This document shows, in pieces, positions 10,397 through 20,675 of a stretch of DNA of 64,000 bases (positions are counted from its first letter, which is position 1; every line of letters starts with the position of its first letter). The stretch spans positions 73,627 through 137,626 of the forward strand of contig CAVDBL010000004.1 of NCBI GenBank assembly GCA_963607345.1, read 5' to 3'. The stretch comes from Bifidobacteriaceae bacterium. Lineage in GTDB: Bacteria > Bacteroidota > Bacteroidia > Bacteroidales > Marinilabiliaceae. Made by a program: the position numbers and the translations under genes. Under the pieces are notes generated by a model. That model was not told where the DNA came from, ran no database searches, and worked only from the letters and a program-made list of their open reading frames with translations.

Positions 10397-10770
10397 GTAG
10401 CAGGACGGTCTATCGCTGGTCATTCATTTGACGAGAGGAAAGTCCGGGCAATATAGAGCATCGCGCTTCCTAATTAGAAGAGAGCCGCAAGGTTCTGTTT
10501 TCGTAACAGAAAATTACCGCCTCAGGGTAAGGGTGAAAAGGCGAGGTAAGAGCTCACCGCGTCGCAGGTGACTGCGGCGGCCATACGAATCCGCGAATTG
10601 TAAGGCCATGTACACTCAATTCAGCCTCGCGCTGCTGGTGCTGCTCGTGCCAGGTCTTCGGACGATTGAGGGGGTAGGCTGCTTGAGCCACACGGTGACG
10701 TGTCGGCCTAGATAAATGATAGACATCCATCTCCCGATGGACACAGAACTCGGCTTATAGACCTGCTACC
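10397..10770 (+). ncRNA. rnpB: RNase P RNA, bacterial type A
   Basis: Conserved GAGGAAAGTCCGGGC (P4 5' strand), GGTAAGGGTGAAAAGGCGAGGTAAGAGCTCACC (P10-12 region) and ACAGAACTCGGCTTA (P4 3' strand). P1 pairing GTAGCAGG (10397-10404) with CCTGCTAC (10762-10769). Confidence 0.94.
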
Positions 10771-10777
10771 ATTACAA

Positions 10778-10805
10778 CCTCCGTGTTTTCCGCGGAGGTT
10801 TTTTT
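10778..10805 (+). terminator. Intrinsic terminator after rnpB
   Basis: CCTCCG ... CGGAGG hairpin followed by TTTTTTT. Confidence 0.6.
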
Positions 10806-10851
10806 GTCCCCCCTTTTTTCAATACCTTCGCACTCCAGAAATCCACTTCCA

Positions 10852-13239
10852 ATGCAAGTCTGTATAGCCGAGAAACCCTCTGTAGCTGCCGAAATAGCAC
10901 GTGTCTTAGGCGCAAACGATAAGCGTAACGGCTATTACGAAGGCAACGGCTATTGCGTGACGTGGACTTTCGGCCACCTCTGTGAGCTGAAGGAACCACA
11001 AGATTACGACCCCACTCTCAAACGTTGGGATTTCCAACTCCTCCCCATAATGCCAAATCGCTTCAGCATCAAGCTGAAAAACGATGACGGCATAAAACGC
11101 CAATTCAAAATCATTTCCAACCTCTTTTCCAAGGCCGATGCCATCATAAACTGTGGTGATGCCGGACAGGAGGGTGAGCTCATCCAACGCTGGGTGATGC
11201 AATTGGCGCAGATTCATTGTCCAGTCTATCGTCTATGGATATCTTCCCTAACCGAGGAATCCATACGCGACGGCTTTAGCCAACTTCGTCCTGGTTCCGA
11301 GTTCGACTCCCTCTATGCCGCAGGCAGCGCACGTGCCATAGGCGATTGGCTCCTCGGCATGAACGCCACAAGAGCCTATACCCTCAGATATGGTGCAAGG
11401 GGCATGGTGCTTTCCATTGGTCGTGTCCAGACGCCAACTCTCGCCCTCATTGTCCAACGCTACAAGGAGATCGCCAATTTCAAGCCCGAGAAGTATTGGG
11501 AGCTGAAGACCAAATATCGTGACGTCGTTTTCTCTGCCACCTCAGGCCGTTTCGACAAGATCGAGGATGGGCAAAAGGCTCTCGATGCCGTTAAGGATGC
11601 CCCTTTCAAAATCGATGACATCAAGAGCAAGCAAGGCAAGGAGGCGCCACCAGCCCTCTTCGACCTCACCTCCCTGCAAGTCGAGTGCAACAATAAGCTC
11701 GGTCTTTCTGCCGACGAGACTCTCCGCATCGCCCAGTCGCTCTACGAAGGCAAGTTTACGACCTACCCGCGTGTCGACACCCGTTTCCTTACCGACGACA
11801 TCTACGCCAAGGTGCCTCAAATCTTGCGAGGCCTCACTCCCTATGCCAATTTCGTCCAGCCTCTTCTCCAACAGAAGAAACTGCCAAAGTCCAAGAAGGT
11901 CTTCAACAATCTGAAGGTTACTGACCACCACGCCATAATTCCGACCGGTGTAGCTCCACGTCCCGACATGCGACCCAATGAGAAGCGTGTCTACGACATG
12001 ATAGCCCGACGCTTTATCGCAAATTTCTATCCAGACAGCACAGTCTCCCTGACCACCGTCCTTGGCTCTGCCGACTCAGTCCAGTTTAAGGTCAATGGCA
12101 AACGGATCATCGAGCCCGGCTGGCGTGTCGTCTATGGAAACCAAAAGATCGACGACGACAAGGACGACCAGCAAGGTGCCGTACTCCCCGATTTCACTGT
12201 CGGCGAGCAAGGTCCTCACACGCCCTCTCTCCAAGAAAAGCAGACGCAGCCCCCAAAACTTTATACCGAGGCGACGCTCCTCCGCGCCATGGAGACGGCT
12301 GGCAAGCAGGTCGACGACGGTGAGCTTCGTGAGCTTATGAAGGAGAACGGCATCGGTCGCCCTTCAACACGCGCCGCCATTATCGAGACTCTCTTCCGCC
12401 GCAAGTATATCACCAAGGAGCGCAAGAATCTCCTTCCTACCGCCAACGGCATACGACTCATCGACACAATCAGCATCCCAATCCTCAAGTCCGTCGAACT
12501 GACGGGCCAATGGGAGCGCAAGCTCCGTCAAATCGAGGGGGGACAATATACCACAGGGCAGTTCATCGAAGAGATGCGCCAGATGGTAACGGAGGTTATT
12601 CACATCGTTGCGAGCGATTTCAGCTCCTCGCGCTTCCAAGCCCCCGAGGAGCGCAAGCCTGCCGCTAAGGAAAAGCCTCAACGCCCACAATCTACGTCTC
12701 CAATCTCCCTCATTTGCCCAAAGTGCAACCGCCCAATGCTGAAGGGTAAGTCCGCTTGGGGATGCTCTGGTTATAAGGATGGCTGCAATCTTACCATTCC
12801 ATTCGTAGCCTACAATAAGACTCTGACAGAGAAGCAGTTGTCTTCGCTTTTGTCCAAGGGCGAAGTCGCCGTCAAGGGCGTCGAGGTCGATGGAGAGAAG
12901 CAGGACGGCAAGTTTTCTTTCGATTCTGATTTCCATGTCATTTTCCGTCCCACTGATGCCCCTAAACCGCTCGATGTCACGTCTCTATCGTGCCCTCTTT
13001 GTCGAGGCCATATCCTTGAGGGGCGTCAGGCGTGGGGATGCACGGGCTACAAGACGGGCTGCTCTTTCAAGGTTCCCTATGTTTTCATGTGCAAGAAACT
13101 TACACCGACACATCTAAAAGTCCTTATCACAAAACGCCAAACGGGCGTTATCAAAGGCTTTGTCGACGTCGCTGGTGTCAAGCACGATGGTCGCCTCATC
13201 CTTACCGATGCTGGCGAGGTCGCTTTGTCCGAAAAGTAG
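10852..13239 (+). CDS. topB: DNA topoisomerase III with C-terminal zinc-ribbon repeats
   Basis: MQVCIAEKPSVAAEIARVLGA...GYCVTWTFGHLCEL (Toprim N-terminus) and the type IA core. The C-terminus has CPKCNRPM...WGCSGYKDGC and CPLCRGH...WGCTGYKTGC. The listed ORF start at 10783 overlaps the rnpB terminator, so I use the ATG at 10852. Confidence 0.85.
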   Translation: MQVCIAEKPSVAAEIARVLGANDKRNGYYEGNGYCVTWTFGHLCELKEPQDYDPTLKRWDFQLLPIMPNRFSIKLKNDDGIKRQFKIISNLFSKADAIINCGDAGQEGELIQRWVMQLAQIHCPVYRLWISSLTEESIRDGFSQLRPGSEFDSLYAAGSARAIGDWLLGMNATRAYTLRYGARGMVLSIGRVQTPTLALIVQRYKEIANFKPEKYWELKTKYRDVVFSATSGRFDKIEDGQKALDAVKDAPFKIDDIKSKQGKEAPPALFDLTSLQVECNNKLGLSADETLRIAQSLYEGKFTTYPRVDTRFLTDDIYAKVPQILRGLTPYANFVQPLLQQKKLPKSKKVFNNLKVTDHHAIIPTGVAPRPDMRPNEKRVYDMIARRFIANFYPDSTVSLTTVLGSADSVQFKVNGKRIIEPGWRVVYGNQKIDDDKDDQQGAVLPDFTVGEQGPHTPSLQEKQTQPPKLYTEATLLRAMETAGKQVDDGELRELMKENGIGRPSTRAAIIETLFRRKYITKERKNLLPTANGIRLIDTISIPILKSVELTGQWERKLRQIEGGQYTTGQFIEEMRQMVTEVIHIVASDFSSSRFQAPEERKPAAKEKPQRPQSTSPISLICPKCNRPMLKGKSAWGCSGYKDGCNLTIPFVAYNKTLTEKQLSSLLSKGEVAVKGVEVDGEKQDGKFSFDSDFHVIFRPTDAPKPLDVTSLSCPLCRGHILEGRQAWGCTGYKTGCSFKVPYVFMCKKLTPTHLKVLITKRQTGVIKGFVDVAGVKHDGRLILTDAGEVALSEK

Positions 13240-13434
13240 GCTCCCTGCCTACAATGCAACTTTTTATTGCCTCTTTTCCATGAGGCGATAACATTTCGCC
13301 CCCATTATTGACACATTAATAGCCTCTCAGTTAACAAATCGTCCGTCTTCCTTTTACCGCATTGTCTCCCTTTGGTGAACATAAACGTTAACTTTGCATA
13401 ACGTTTCATAGGAAAACAAGTTAAACTTTTCACC

Positions 13435-16329
13435 ATGATATTAAAGTCATTCATCAGAAAGGCCATGCGATGGCAATCGGGTGTATTCGCACTCTCTGCT
13501 CTCGCCCTCCTTGCATCATGCCAGGGTGGCTCAAATTCTAAAAATGGCGTCGTCATTCCTTTGGAGAATGGCCAGCAACTACGTCTCCAAGTCATTAACG
13601 ACAAGATCATTAGAGTTTCTGCCAATCTCGATGGTGTCTTCGACAAGGATCAAAGTCTCATGATGGTGCCTCAAGCGCCATTCTCCAACTACGAGACCTC
13701 CGAGACCGACTCGTCTCTCGTAATAACAACCAAGGAGCTGAAGGCTGTCGTCTGCAAGAAGACTGGCAACGTCGCTTTCCTCAATCTCGACGGTTCTCCT
13801 ATCCTCCGTGAGGATGGTCGCGTGATGCGCGATACCGTCATCACCCAGTCCGACGCCAAGAACACTAAGACCGACGAGGGCATCGTCTTCCGTCAAAAAT
13901 GGATTCCTGGTGCCGACGATGCGATCTACGGTCTCGGTCAGCACCAGTCCGAAGAGTTCAACTATCGTGGAAAGAATGAGGATCTCTACCAGTACAACAC
14001 CAAGGTCTCCATTCCTTTCTTCATCTCCAATAAGGGCTATGGCGTCCTTTGGGACAACAACTCACTCACTCGTTGGGGCGACCAGCGTGAGTACGCTCAG
14101 CTCAACGAGGCTTTCAAGGTCTACGATAAGAACGATGTCGAAGGCGGTCTCTCCAGCCACTGGACTCCCGCTCCAGGCTCCGACGTTAAGCCTCTTGACC
14201 GCACTGAGCCAATCCTCTACTTCGCCGACCTCCTCGCCAATAAGGAGTATCTTCCACAAGGATTCCCTCTCAACGGTGCCGATGTCGATTTCGACGGATA
14301 CCTTGAGCCACAAGAGACTGGCACCTACCGTTTCCTCATCTACTATGCTGGCTACACCCGCATCTTCGTAGACGGCAAGGAACTGTTCCCCGAGATCTGG
14401 CGTAAGGCTTGGAACCCCAACAGCCGTAAGTTCCAACTCAACCTCGAGAAAGGCAAGAAGATTAAGCTCCATATCGACTGGAAGCCCGATGGCGGCGAGA
14501 GCTACTGCGCCCTCCGCGCCCTCACTCCCGTTCCTGATGAGGAGCAAAATAAGCTCGCCATGTGGAGTGAGATCGGTAGCCAAGAGGACTACTACTTCAT
14601 CAAGGGCGACAACATGGACGATGTCATCAGTGGCTATCGCACCCTTACTGGCAAGAGCCAAGTCATGGCTAAATGGGTCATGGGCTTCTGGCAGAGCCGC
14701 GAGCGCTATGCTTCACAAGATGACATTCTCTCAACTGTCAAGTATTTCCGCGAGCATAATATCCCATTGGACAACATTGTCCAGGACTGGAACTATTGGG
14801 TAGAGGATCAGTGGGGTGCCCACGATTTCGATCCTGCTCGCTACGCAGACCCTAAGGCTATGCTCGACTCCGTCCATGCAATGCACGCGCGTTTCATGAT
14901 CTCCGTATGGCCTAAGTTCTACACCAATACTGAGCACTTCAAGGAGTTCGACGCTAACGGCTGGATGTACCAACGCGCCGTCACCGATTCTCTCCGTGAT
15001 TGGATCGCACAGGGCTACCACTACTCTTTCTACGACGCTTACTCCGCAGGTGCGCGCAAGCTCTTCTGGGACCAGATGAACGAGCATCTCTACAAGTTCG
15101 GTATCGATTCTTGGTGGATGGACGCTTCCGAACCCAATGTTCGCGACTGCACACCCACCCAATATCGTAAGGATCTCTGTGGACCTACTGAGCTTGGCAC
15201 TTCCGCGAAGTATTTCAATGCCTACTCTATCGTCAACGCCGACGCTATCTACAATGGTCAACGTTCCGTCAACGATACGAGCCGTGTGTTCCTTCTCACT
15301 CGTTCTGGCTTCGCAGGTCTCCAGCGTTACAGCACCGCCTCTTGGAGCGGCGATATCGCAAGCCGTTGGGAGGACATGAGGGCACAGATCTACGCAGGTC
15401 TTAACTATTCTGTAGCTGGCGTCCCAATGTGGGGTCAGGATATCGGTGGCTTCTGTGTCGAGTCTCGCCATGAGAAGGCATTCGCCGAGTACCTCAAGAC
15501 AGGTAAGGTCAATGAGGATCTCAAAGATTGGCGCGAGCTTCAGACACGTTGGCACCAGTGGGGTGTCTTCACTCCCCTCTACCGCACCCACGGTCAGTTC
15601 CCGACTCGTGAGATCTGGAACATCGCTCCCGAAGGCGATCCCGCCTACAACTCCATCCTCTACTGCCACAAGCTGCGCTACCGCCTGATGCCTTACATCT
15701 ACTCCCTCGCTGGCGCAGTCCACTTCAACGACTACACAATCCTCCGTCCGCTCGTCATGGACTTCACTGCCGATACCAAGGTCAACAACATTGGCGACCA
15801 GTTCCTCTTCGGCCCGTCCATTATGGTTGCGCCCGTCACCACTTATGGTCAGCGTTCCCGCGAGGTCTACCTCCCTGCCGGTGCTAAGTGGTACGACTTC
15901 TACAACGGCAAGTGCTACGACGGCGGTCAGTCCATCAATGCCGATGCTCCTTACGAGCGCACTCCTGTCTTCGTCCCCGCAGGTGCTATCGTGACGACAG
16001 GTCCCGACATTCAGTGGTCCGACGAGAAGAAGCCTGAGAACATCACCGTCTACGTCTTCGCAGGTCGCGACGGCAAGTTCACTCTCTACGAGGATGAGGG
16101 CACCAACAACAACTACGAGAAGGGTAAGTGCGCATTCATCGACTTCAACTATGACGATGCCAGCCGCACCCTCACCATCGGTCAACGCCGTGGCGAGTTC
16201 AACGGAATGCTCCAAAACCGCAACTTCAACGTTGTTCTCGTATCCTCTGAGAACCCAGCCTCTATCGATACCGAGGTAGCCGGCAAGTCTGTCGCCTACG
16301 ACGGCAACGAGGTTAAGCTCTCTCTCTAA
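13435..16329 (+). CDS. Glycoside hydrolase family 31 (alpha-xylosidase/alpha-glucosidase type) lipoprotein with inserted PA14-like domain
   Basis: Lipobox LLASC. GH31 catalytic-region motifs FGIDSWWMDASEPN and WGQDIGGF. PA14-like segment GYLEPQETGTYRFLIYYAGYTRIFVDGKELF. Confidence 0.82.
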   Translation: MILKSFIRKAMRWQSGVFALSALALLASCQGGSNSKNGVVIPLENGQQLRLQVINDKIIRVSANLDGVFDKDQSLMMVPQAPFSNYETSETDSSLVITTKELKAVVCKKTGNVAFLNLDGSPILREDGRVMRDTVITQSDAKNTKTDEGIVFRQKWIPGADDAIYGLGQHQSEEFNYRGKNEDLYQYNTKVSIPFFISNKGYGVLWDNNSLTRWGDQREYAQLNEAFKVYDKNDVEGGLSSHWTPAPGSDVKPLDRTEPILYFADLLANKEYLPQGFPLNGADVDFDGYLEPQETGTYRFLIYYAGYTRIFVDGKELFPEIWRKAWNPNSRKFQLNLEKGKKIKLHIDWKPDGGESYCALRALTPVPDEEQNKLAMWSEIGSQEDYYFIKGDNMDDVISGYRTLTGKSQVMAKWVMGFWQSRERYASQDDILSTVKYFREHNIPLDNIVQDWNYWVEDQWGAHDFDPARYADPKAMLDSVHAMHARFMISVWPKFYTNTEHFKEFDANGWMYQRAVTDSLRDWIAQGYHYSFYDAYSAGARKLFWDQMNEHLYKFGIDSWWMDASEPNVRDCTPTQYRKDLCGPTELGTSAKYFNAYSIVNADAIYNGQRSVNDTSRVFLLTRSGFAGLQRYSTASWSGDIASRWEDMRAQIYAGLNYSVAGVPMWGQDIGGFCVESRHEKAFAEYLKTGKVNEDLKDWRELQTRWHQWGVFTPLYRTHGQFPTREIWNIAPEGDPAYNSILYCHKLRYRLMPYIYSLAGAVHFNDYTILRPLVMDFTADTKVNNIGDQFLFGPSIMVAPVTTYGQRSREVYLPAGAKWYDFYNGKCYDGGQSINADAPYERTPVFVPAGAIVTTGPDIQWSDEKKPENITVYVFAGRDGKFTLYEDEGTNNNYEKGKCAFIDFNYDDASRTLTIGQRRGEFNGMLQNRNFNVVLVSSENPASIDTEVAGKSVAYDGNEVKLSL

Positions 16330-16349
16330 GCAAAGAAGTTTTCAAGATT

Positions 16350-16379
16350 GCCCCCGAAGTTCTCCCTTCGGGGGCTTTT
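16350..16379 (+). terminator. Intrinsic terminator between the GH31 and GH3 genes
   Basis: 10-bp stem GCCCCCGAAG / CTTCGGGGGC followed by TTTT. Confidence 0.7.
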
Positions 16380-16392
16380 CAAAAAAGATATT

Positions 16393-18600
16393 ATGAGGTA
16401 TTCACTTCTATCTCTTACGGCTCTCGCCGCTGTAGCATGTTGTCCGCAAAATGGCTCCGACGTGCAGAACGACCAGTGGACTGATGCCGAGATTGAGGCT
16501 AAAATAGACACCATACTCCCGAAGCTTACGCTCGAGGAGAAGGTCGCCCTCTGCCACGCCCAGTCTAAGTTCAGCACCCCGGGTGTTGCTCGTCTCGGCA
16601 TCCCTGAGTTCTGGTTCTCTGACGGTCCCCATGGTGTGCGCGCCGAGGTCAATTGGGACGATTGGGGCTATGCTGGCTGGACCAATGATTCCGTCACTGC
16701 ATTCCCCGCTCTCACCGCTCTTGCGGCTTCCTTCAACCCCGATCTCTCTGCCGCCTACGGCAAGGCAGTCGCCGAGGAGGCTCTCTACCGTGGAAAGGAT
16801 ATGATGCTCGGACCTGGTGTCGAAATCTATCGTACACCTCTTTGCGGACGCAATTTCGAGTATATGGGCGAGGATCCTTTCCTCGCGTCTAAGATGGTAG
16901 TCCCCTACATCAAGGCCATGCAGGCACAGACGGTCTCTTGCTGTGTCAAGCATTTCGCCCTCAATAACCAAGAGCAGTGGCGTACGCTCGTCGATGTCCA
17001 TGTCTCCGACCGCGCTCTCCGCGAGATCTATCTCCCCGCCTACGAGGCTGCTGTCAAGGAAGGTGGCGCATGGGCCATCATGGGCTCGTACAACCTTTAC
17101 GACGGCCAGCACTGCTGCCATAATAAGAAGCTCAACGACATCCTTCGTGGCGAATGGGGCTTCGACGGCTGCGTCGTGACCGACTGGGGCGGTGCCACAA
17201 ATACCATCGAGGCCGCTAACAATGGTCTCGACCTCGAGATGGGCACCTACACCAATGGTTTCACCGAGAGCGCCAAGTTCGCCTATGACGACTACTATCT
17301 CGCAAAACCCTATCTCAAGGCTCTGAAGGACGGCACCGTGCCAATGTCCACTATCGACCAGAAAGCGCGCAACATCCTTCGCCTCATGTTCCGCACCACC
17401 ATGGCCAAGCATCGTCCTGCTGGCTGCAAGGGCAACAAGGAGCATTTCGAGACGGCTCTCAACGTCGCTCGCGAGGGCATCACCCTCCTCAAGAATGAAG
17501 GCAACATCCTTCCTCTCGATCCCAATACCACCAAGACCATCGCTGTCATCGGTGAGAATGCCACTCGCAGCATGCTCGGTGGCGGCTCTTCCGAGCTGAA
17601 AGGTCTTTTCGAGATTTCCCCACTTGAGGGCATCCGCAAGGCGTTCCCCAAAGCCAATGTCGTTTGGTCTATGGGCTACGGCAGCGGCCCTGAGGCCTAT
17701 GGCTGCGTGGCTCCTTCCCCATATAATGCCGACAGTCTCTTTAAGGAGGCCGTCAAGGTAGCCGAGAAAGCCGACCTCGTCATCTACGTTGGCGGTCTCG
17801 TCAAGGCCCATGAGCAAGATATGGAGGGTGGCGATCGTGTCGATTTCGGTCTCCCGTTCGGTCAAGATAAGCTCATCAACAGCATCCTCGACGTAAACAA
17901 GAATTTCATCGGTGTCATGCTCAGCGGCAATGCTGCCGCCATGCCATGGATCGATCGCGTTCCTGCTCTCATCCAAGGCTGGTATCTCGGTTCCGAGGCT
18001 GGTGAGGCGCTCGCCGATGTAATCTCTGGCAAGGTCAATCCTTCTGGCAAACTCCCGTTCTCTTTCCCTGTCCGTCTTGAGGATAATGCGGCCCACAGCT
18101 TCGGCGAGGCAGTCGTGTACCCAGGTGTGGAGAGCGATTCCTACCGCGAGGAGTACAAGGAGGGCATCTTTGTCGGCTACCGTTGGCATGAGGCCAAGGG
18201 CATCAAGCCCCTCTTCCCATTCGGTTTCGGTCTCAGCTACACAACTTTCGAGATCTCCGACGCCAAGATCGCTTCCAATTCTCTCTCCGAGGATGCCGAG
18301 CTCAAAGTCTCAGCTACCGTCAAGAACACGGGTAGCCGCGACGGCAAGGAGGTTGTCGAGGTTTACGTCGGCAAGAAAGACAGCCGTGTAGAGCGCGCTC
18401 CCAAGGAGCTGAAGGGTTTCTCCAAAGTCGAGGTTCCTGTTGGCGCACAGAAGCAGGTCTCCATCTCCATCCCTGTCAAGTCTCTCGCCTTCTTCGACGA
18501 GGCTGCTCAAAAATGGGAGGTCGAGAAGGGCGATTACGTCCTCTATGTCGGCAACTCTTCCGACAACATCTCTTCCGAGATCGCATTCTCAGTCAAGTAG
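16393..18600 (+). CDS. Glycoside hydrolase family 3 beta-glucosidase/beta-xylosidase-like
   Basis: GH3 N-domain motifs (GIPEFWFSDGPHGV, KHFALNNQE, GCVVTDWGG with the nucleophile Asp) and a C-terminal Fn3-like domain. Signal peptide follows the ATG at 16393. Stop is TAG. Confidence 0.85.
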   Translation: MRYSLLSLTALAAVACCPQNGSDVQNDQWTDAEIEAKIDTILPKLTLEEKVALCHAQSKFSTPGVARLGIPEFWFSDGPHGVRAEVNWDDWGYAGWTNDSVTAFPALTALAASFNPDLSAAYGKAVAEEALYRGKDMMLGPGVEIYRTPLCGRNFEYMGEDPFLASKMVVPYIKAMQAQTVSCCVKHFALNNQEQWRTLVDVHVSDRALREIYLPAYEAAVKEGGAWAIMGSYNLYDGQHCCHNKKLNDILRGEWGFDGCVVTDWGGATNTIEAANNGLDLEMGTYTNGFTESAKFAYDDYYLAKPYLKALKDGTVPMSTIDQKARNILRLMFRTTMAKHRPAGCKGNKEHFETALNVAREGITLLKNEGNILPLDPNTTKTIAVIGENATRSMLGGGSSELKGLFEISPLEGIRKAFPKANVVWSMGYGSGPEAYGCVAPSPYNADSLFKEAVKVAEKADLVIYVGGLVKAHEQDMEGGDRVDFGLPFGQDKLINSILDVNKNFIGVMLSGNAAAMPWIDRVPALIQGWYLGSEAGEALADVISGKVNPSGKLPFSFPVRLEDNAAHSFGEAVVYPGVESDSYREEYKEGIFVGYRWHEAKGIKPLFPFGFGLSYTTFEISDAKIASNSLSEDAELKVSATVKNTGSRDGKEVVEVYVGKKDSRVERAPKELKGFSKVEVPVGAQKQVSISIPVKSLAFFDEAAQKWEVEKGDYVLYVGNSSDNISSEIAFSVK

Positions 18601-18850
18601 TCCTACTGCGTGACATCTACCTTTGAAAGTTCTCTCTTCATGTTGACGTCCATGTCAACTGGTTCATAATACTGATAGTATAAAAGGAATGGCGGCGGAT
18701 CTTCGAATTTCTCTCCCGTCGCCACTCTCGAGAACTTAGTATTAGTTTGTTTGGTTGCCGGTCCAGCGATTTCTTCCTTCGCTGGGCCGGTTTTTATTTC
18801 CCGTGTTCCATAAATTCCACCCTCTCTCTTGCATTTCAAAAAAATCTCAC

Positions 18851-18858
18851 TACCTTTG
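18851..18858 (+). promoter_or_regulatory. Bacteroidota sigma-A -7 promoter motif (TAnnTTTG) for tRNA-Glu copy 1
   Basis: TACCTTTG lies ~29 nt upstream of the tRNA 5' end. The same leader sequence recurs at the second tRNA-Glu copy. Confidence 0.5.
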
Positions 18859-18886
18859 CATCGTCAAACAACGACACAATCTTCTT

Positions 18887-18958
18887 GGCCGATTCGTCTA
18901 ACGGTTAGGACATCAGATTCTCAATCTGGCAATAAGAGTTCGATTCTCTTATCGGCTA
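18887..18958 (+). tRNA. tRNA-Glu (anticodon CUC)
   Basis: 72-nt cloverleaf: acceptor GGCCGAT/ATCGGCT, D-arm TTCGTCTAACGGTTAGGAC typical of tRNA-Glu, anticodon loop TTCTCAA with CTC at 18920-18922, T-arm AAGAGTTCGATTCTCTT. Confidence 0.9.
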
Positions 18959-19021
18959 CATCTAAGCTGCCTCTCCGAGGTGGCTTTTTTTGTAAACAAC
19001 AGCATCCCTATTTTTCCCATC

Positions 19022-20557
19022 ATGGCAGACAACAGCCGCAGAGTAAGGGTCCGTTTCGCCCCCAGCCCCACCGGCGCTCTCCACATCGGTGGTGTGCGCA
19101 CTGCCCTCTACAATTATCTCTTCGCTCGCCAGCATGGCGGCGATTTCATCCTCCGTATCGAGGACACCGATAGCCAACGTTTCGTCCCCGGCGCCGAGGC
19201 CTACATCATCGAGAGCCTCAAATGGTGCGGCATCATAACCGACGAGGGCGTCGAGCAAGGTGGGCCTCACGCTCCATACCGCCAGAGTGAGCGCAAGGAG
19301 ATTTACCTCAAATACGCTCAGCAACTCGTAGAGAGCGGCAACGCATACTATGCTTTCGACTCCGCCGAGGCGCTCGACGCTCTCCGCAAGGAGGCCGAGG
19401 CTGCTGGCAAGACTTTCGCCTACGACTCTACTGTCCGCAATTCTCTCGAGACATCTCTCGCCCTCCCCGAGGCTGAGGTCAAGGCGCGTATCGAGCGTGG
19501 CGACAAATGGGTCATCCGCTTCAAGATGCCTGAGTCCGAGGATGTCGAGATGGACGACATCATCCGCGGTCACATCGTAATAAACACCAAGACGCTCGAC
19601 GACAAGGTGCTCTATAAGAGTGCCGACCAGCTCCCAACATACCACCTCGCCAATATCGTCGACGACCACCTTATGGAGATCTCCCACGTCATCCGTGGCG
19701 AGGAGTGGTTGCCTTCCCTCCCTCTCCACTATCTCCTCTATCGCGCCTTCGGATGGCAACGTCCCGAGTTCGCCCACCTGCCTCTGCTTCTCAAGCCACA
19801 AGGTCAAGGCAAGCTCTCCAAGCGCGATGGCGATAAGTTCGGTTTCCCCGTCTTCCCTCTCCAGTGGAATGCTCCCGACGGCTCTTCCGCCATGGGCTAC
19901 CGCGAGAGTGGCTACCTCCCCGAGGCGTTCATCAATATGCTCGCCCTCCTCGGATGGAATCCTGGCACCGAGCAGGAGATTTTCTCCATGGATGAGCTTA
20001 TCAAGGCTTTCTCCCTCGACAAGGTCTCCAAGAGCGGTGCGCGTTTCAATCCCGACAAGGCAAAGTGGTTCAACGCCCAATACATCCGTATGGCCGACGA
20101 TGCCCGTCTCGCCAAGCTCGCTGCCCCCATCTACGCCCAGCGCAACATCAATGTGACGCCCGAGCGCGCAGCGCAAGCCATCGCCCTCATCAAGGAGCGT
20201 GCGACGTTCCCTGTCGATCTCGTTGACCTCACCGAGAAGCTGTTCATTCGTCCGGCTTCCTACGACGAGAAGTCCGTAGCCAAGTTCTGGAAGGCCGACA
20301 ATGTCGCACGCCTCGCCGAACTTCGCGCCATCATCGCTGCTGATCCTCTCACAGACCCTGCCGCTGCCGAGGCTCGCGTACACGATTGGATCCAGTCCAA
20401 CAACTACAGCATGGGTCAACTCATGAATACGCTCCGACTTGCGATATGGGGCGTAAGTCAAGGTCCGAGCATCTTCCACATCATCGCCTTCATCGGCAAA
20501 GATGAGGCTCTCGCACGCATCGACGCGGCGGCGGCGTCCCTTGGTCAAGGGGCGTAG
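19022..20557 (+). CDS. gltX: Glutamate--tRNA ligase
   Basis: RVRFAPSPTGALHIGGVRTALYNYLFARQHGGDFILRIEDTD (HIGH region) and KLSKRDG (KMSKS-type motif). The ATG at 19022 is chosen over the listed 18980. Stop is TAG. Confidence 0.93.
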   Translation: MADNSRRVRVRFAPSPTGALHIGGVRTALYNYLFARQHGGDFILRIEDTDSQRFVPGAEAYIIESLKWCGIITDEGVEQGGPHAPYRQSERKEIYLKYAQQLVESGNAYYAFDSAEALDALRKEAEAAGKTFAYDSTVRNSLETSLALPEAEVKARIERGDKWVIRFKMPESEDVEMDDIIRGHIVINTKTLDDKVLYKSADQLPTYHLANIVDDHLMEISHVIRGEEWLPSLPLHYLLYRAFGWQRPEFAHLPLLLKPQGQGKLSKRDGDKFGFPVFPLQWNAPDGSSAMGYRESGYLPEAFINMLALLGWNPGTEQEIFSMDELIKAFSLDKVSKSGARFNPDKAKWFNAQYIRMADDARLAKLAAPIYAQRNINVTPERAAQAIALIKERATFPVDLVDLTEKLFIRPASYDEKSVAKFWKADNVARLAELRAIIAADPLTDPAAAEARVHDWIQSNNYSMGQLMNTLRLAIWGVSQGPSIFHIIAFIGKDEALARIDAAAASLGQGA

Positions 20558-20587
20558 GTCGAGCCTTTACTCTTAGCTAAACCTCAT

Positions 20588-20625
20588 AGCCCCACGAGCC
20601 CAATGGCTCCCGTGGGGCTTTTTTA
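20588..20625 (+). terminator. Intrinsic terminator after gltX
   Basis: Long hairpin AGCCCCACGAGCC ... GGCTCCCGTGGGGCT followed by TTTTTT. Confidence 0.7.
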
Positions 20626-20626
20626 T

Positions 20627-20634
20627 TATCTTTG
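20627..20634 (+). promoter_or_regulatory. TAnnTTTG -7 promoter motif upstream of the aminotransferase gene
   Basis: TATCTTTG lies 42 nt upstream of the ATG at 20676. Confidence 0.45.
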
Positions 20635-20675
20635 TATCCACACTCTCCCAGTCTTTCTCTTCAGTATCTCCAGCC

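Noticed and set aside
18603-18839. 78-aa minus-strand ORF between the GH3 gene and tRNA-Glu
   Set aside because: No recognisable motifs. A plus-strand terminator-like hairpin (about 18757-18795) lies inside it, and its start abuts the tRNA promoter. It is probably non-coding.
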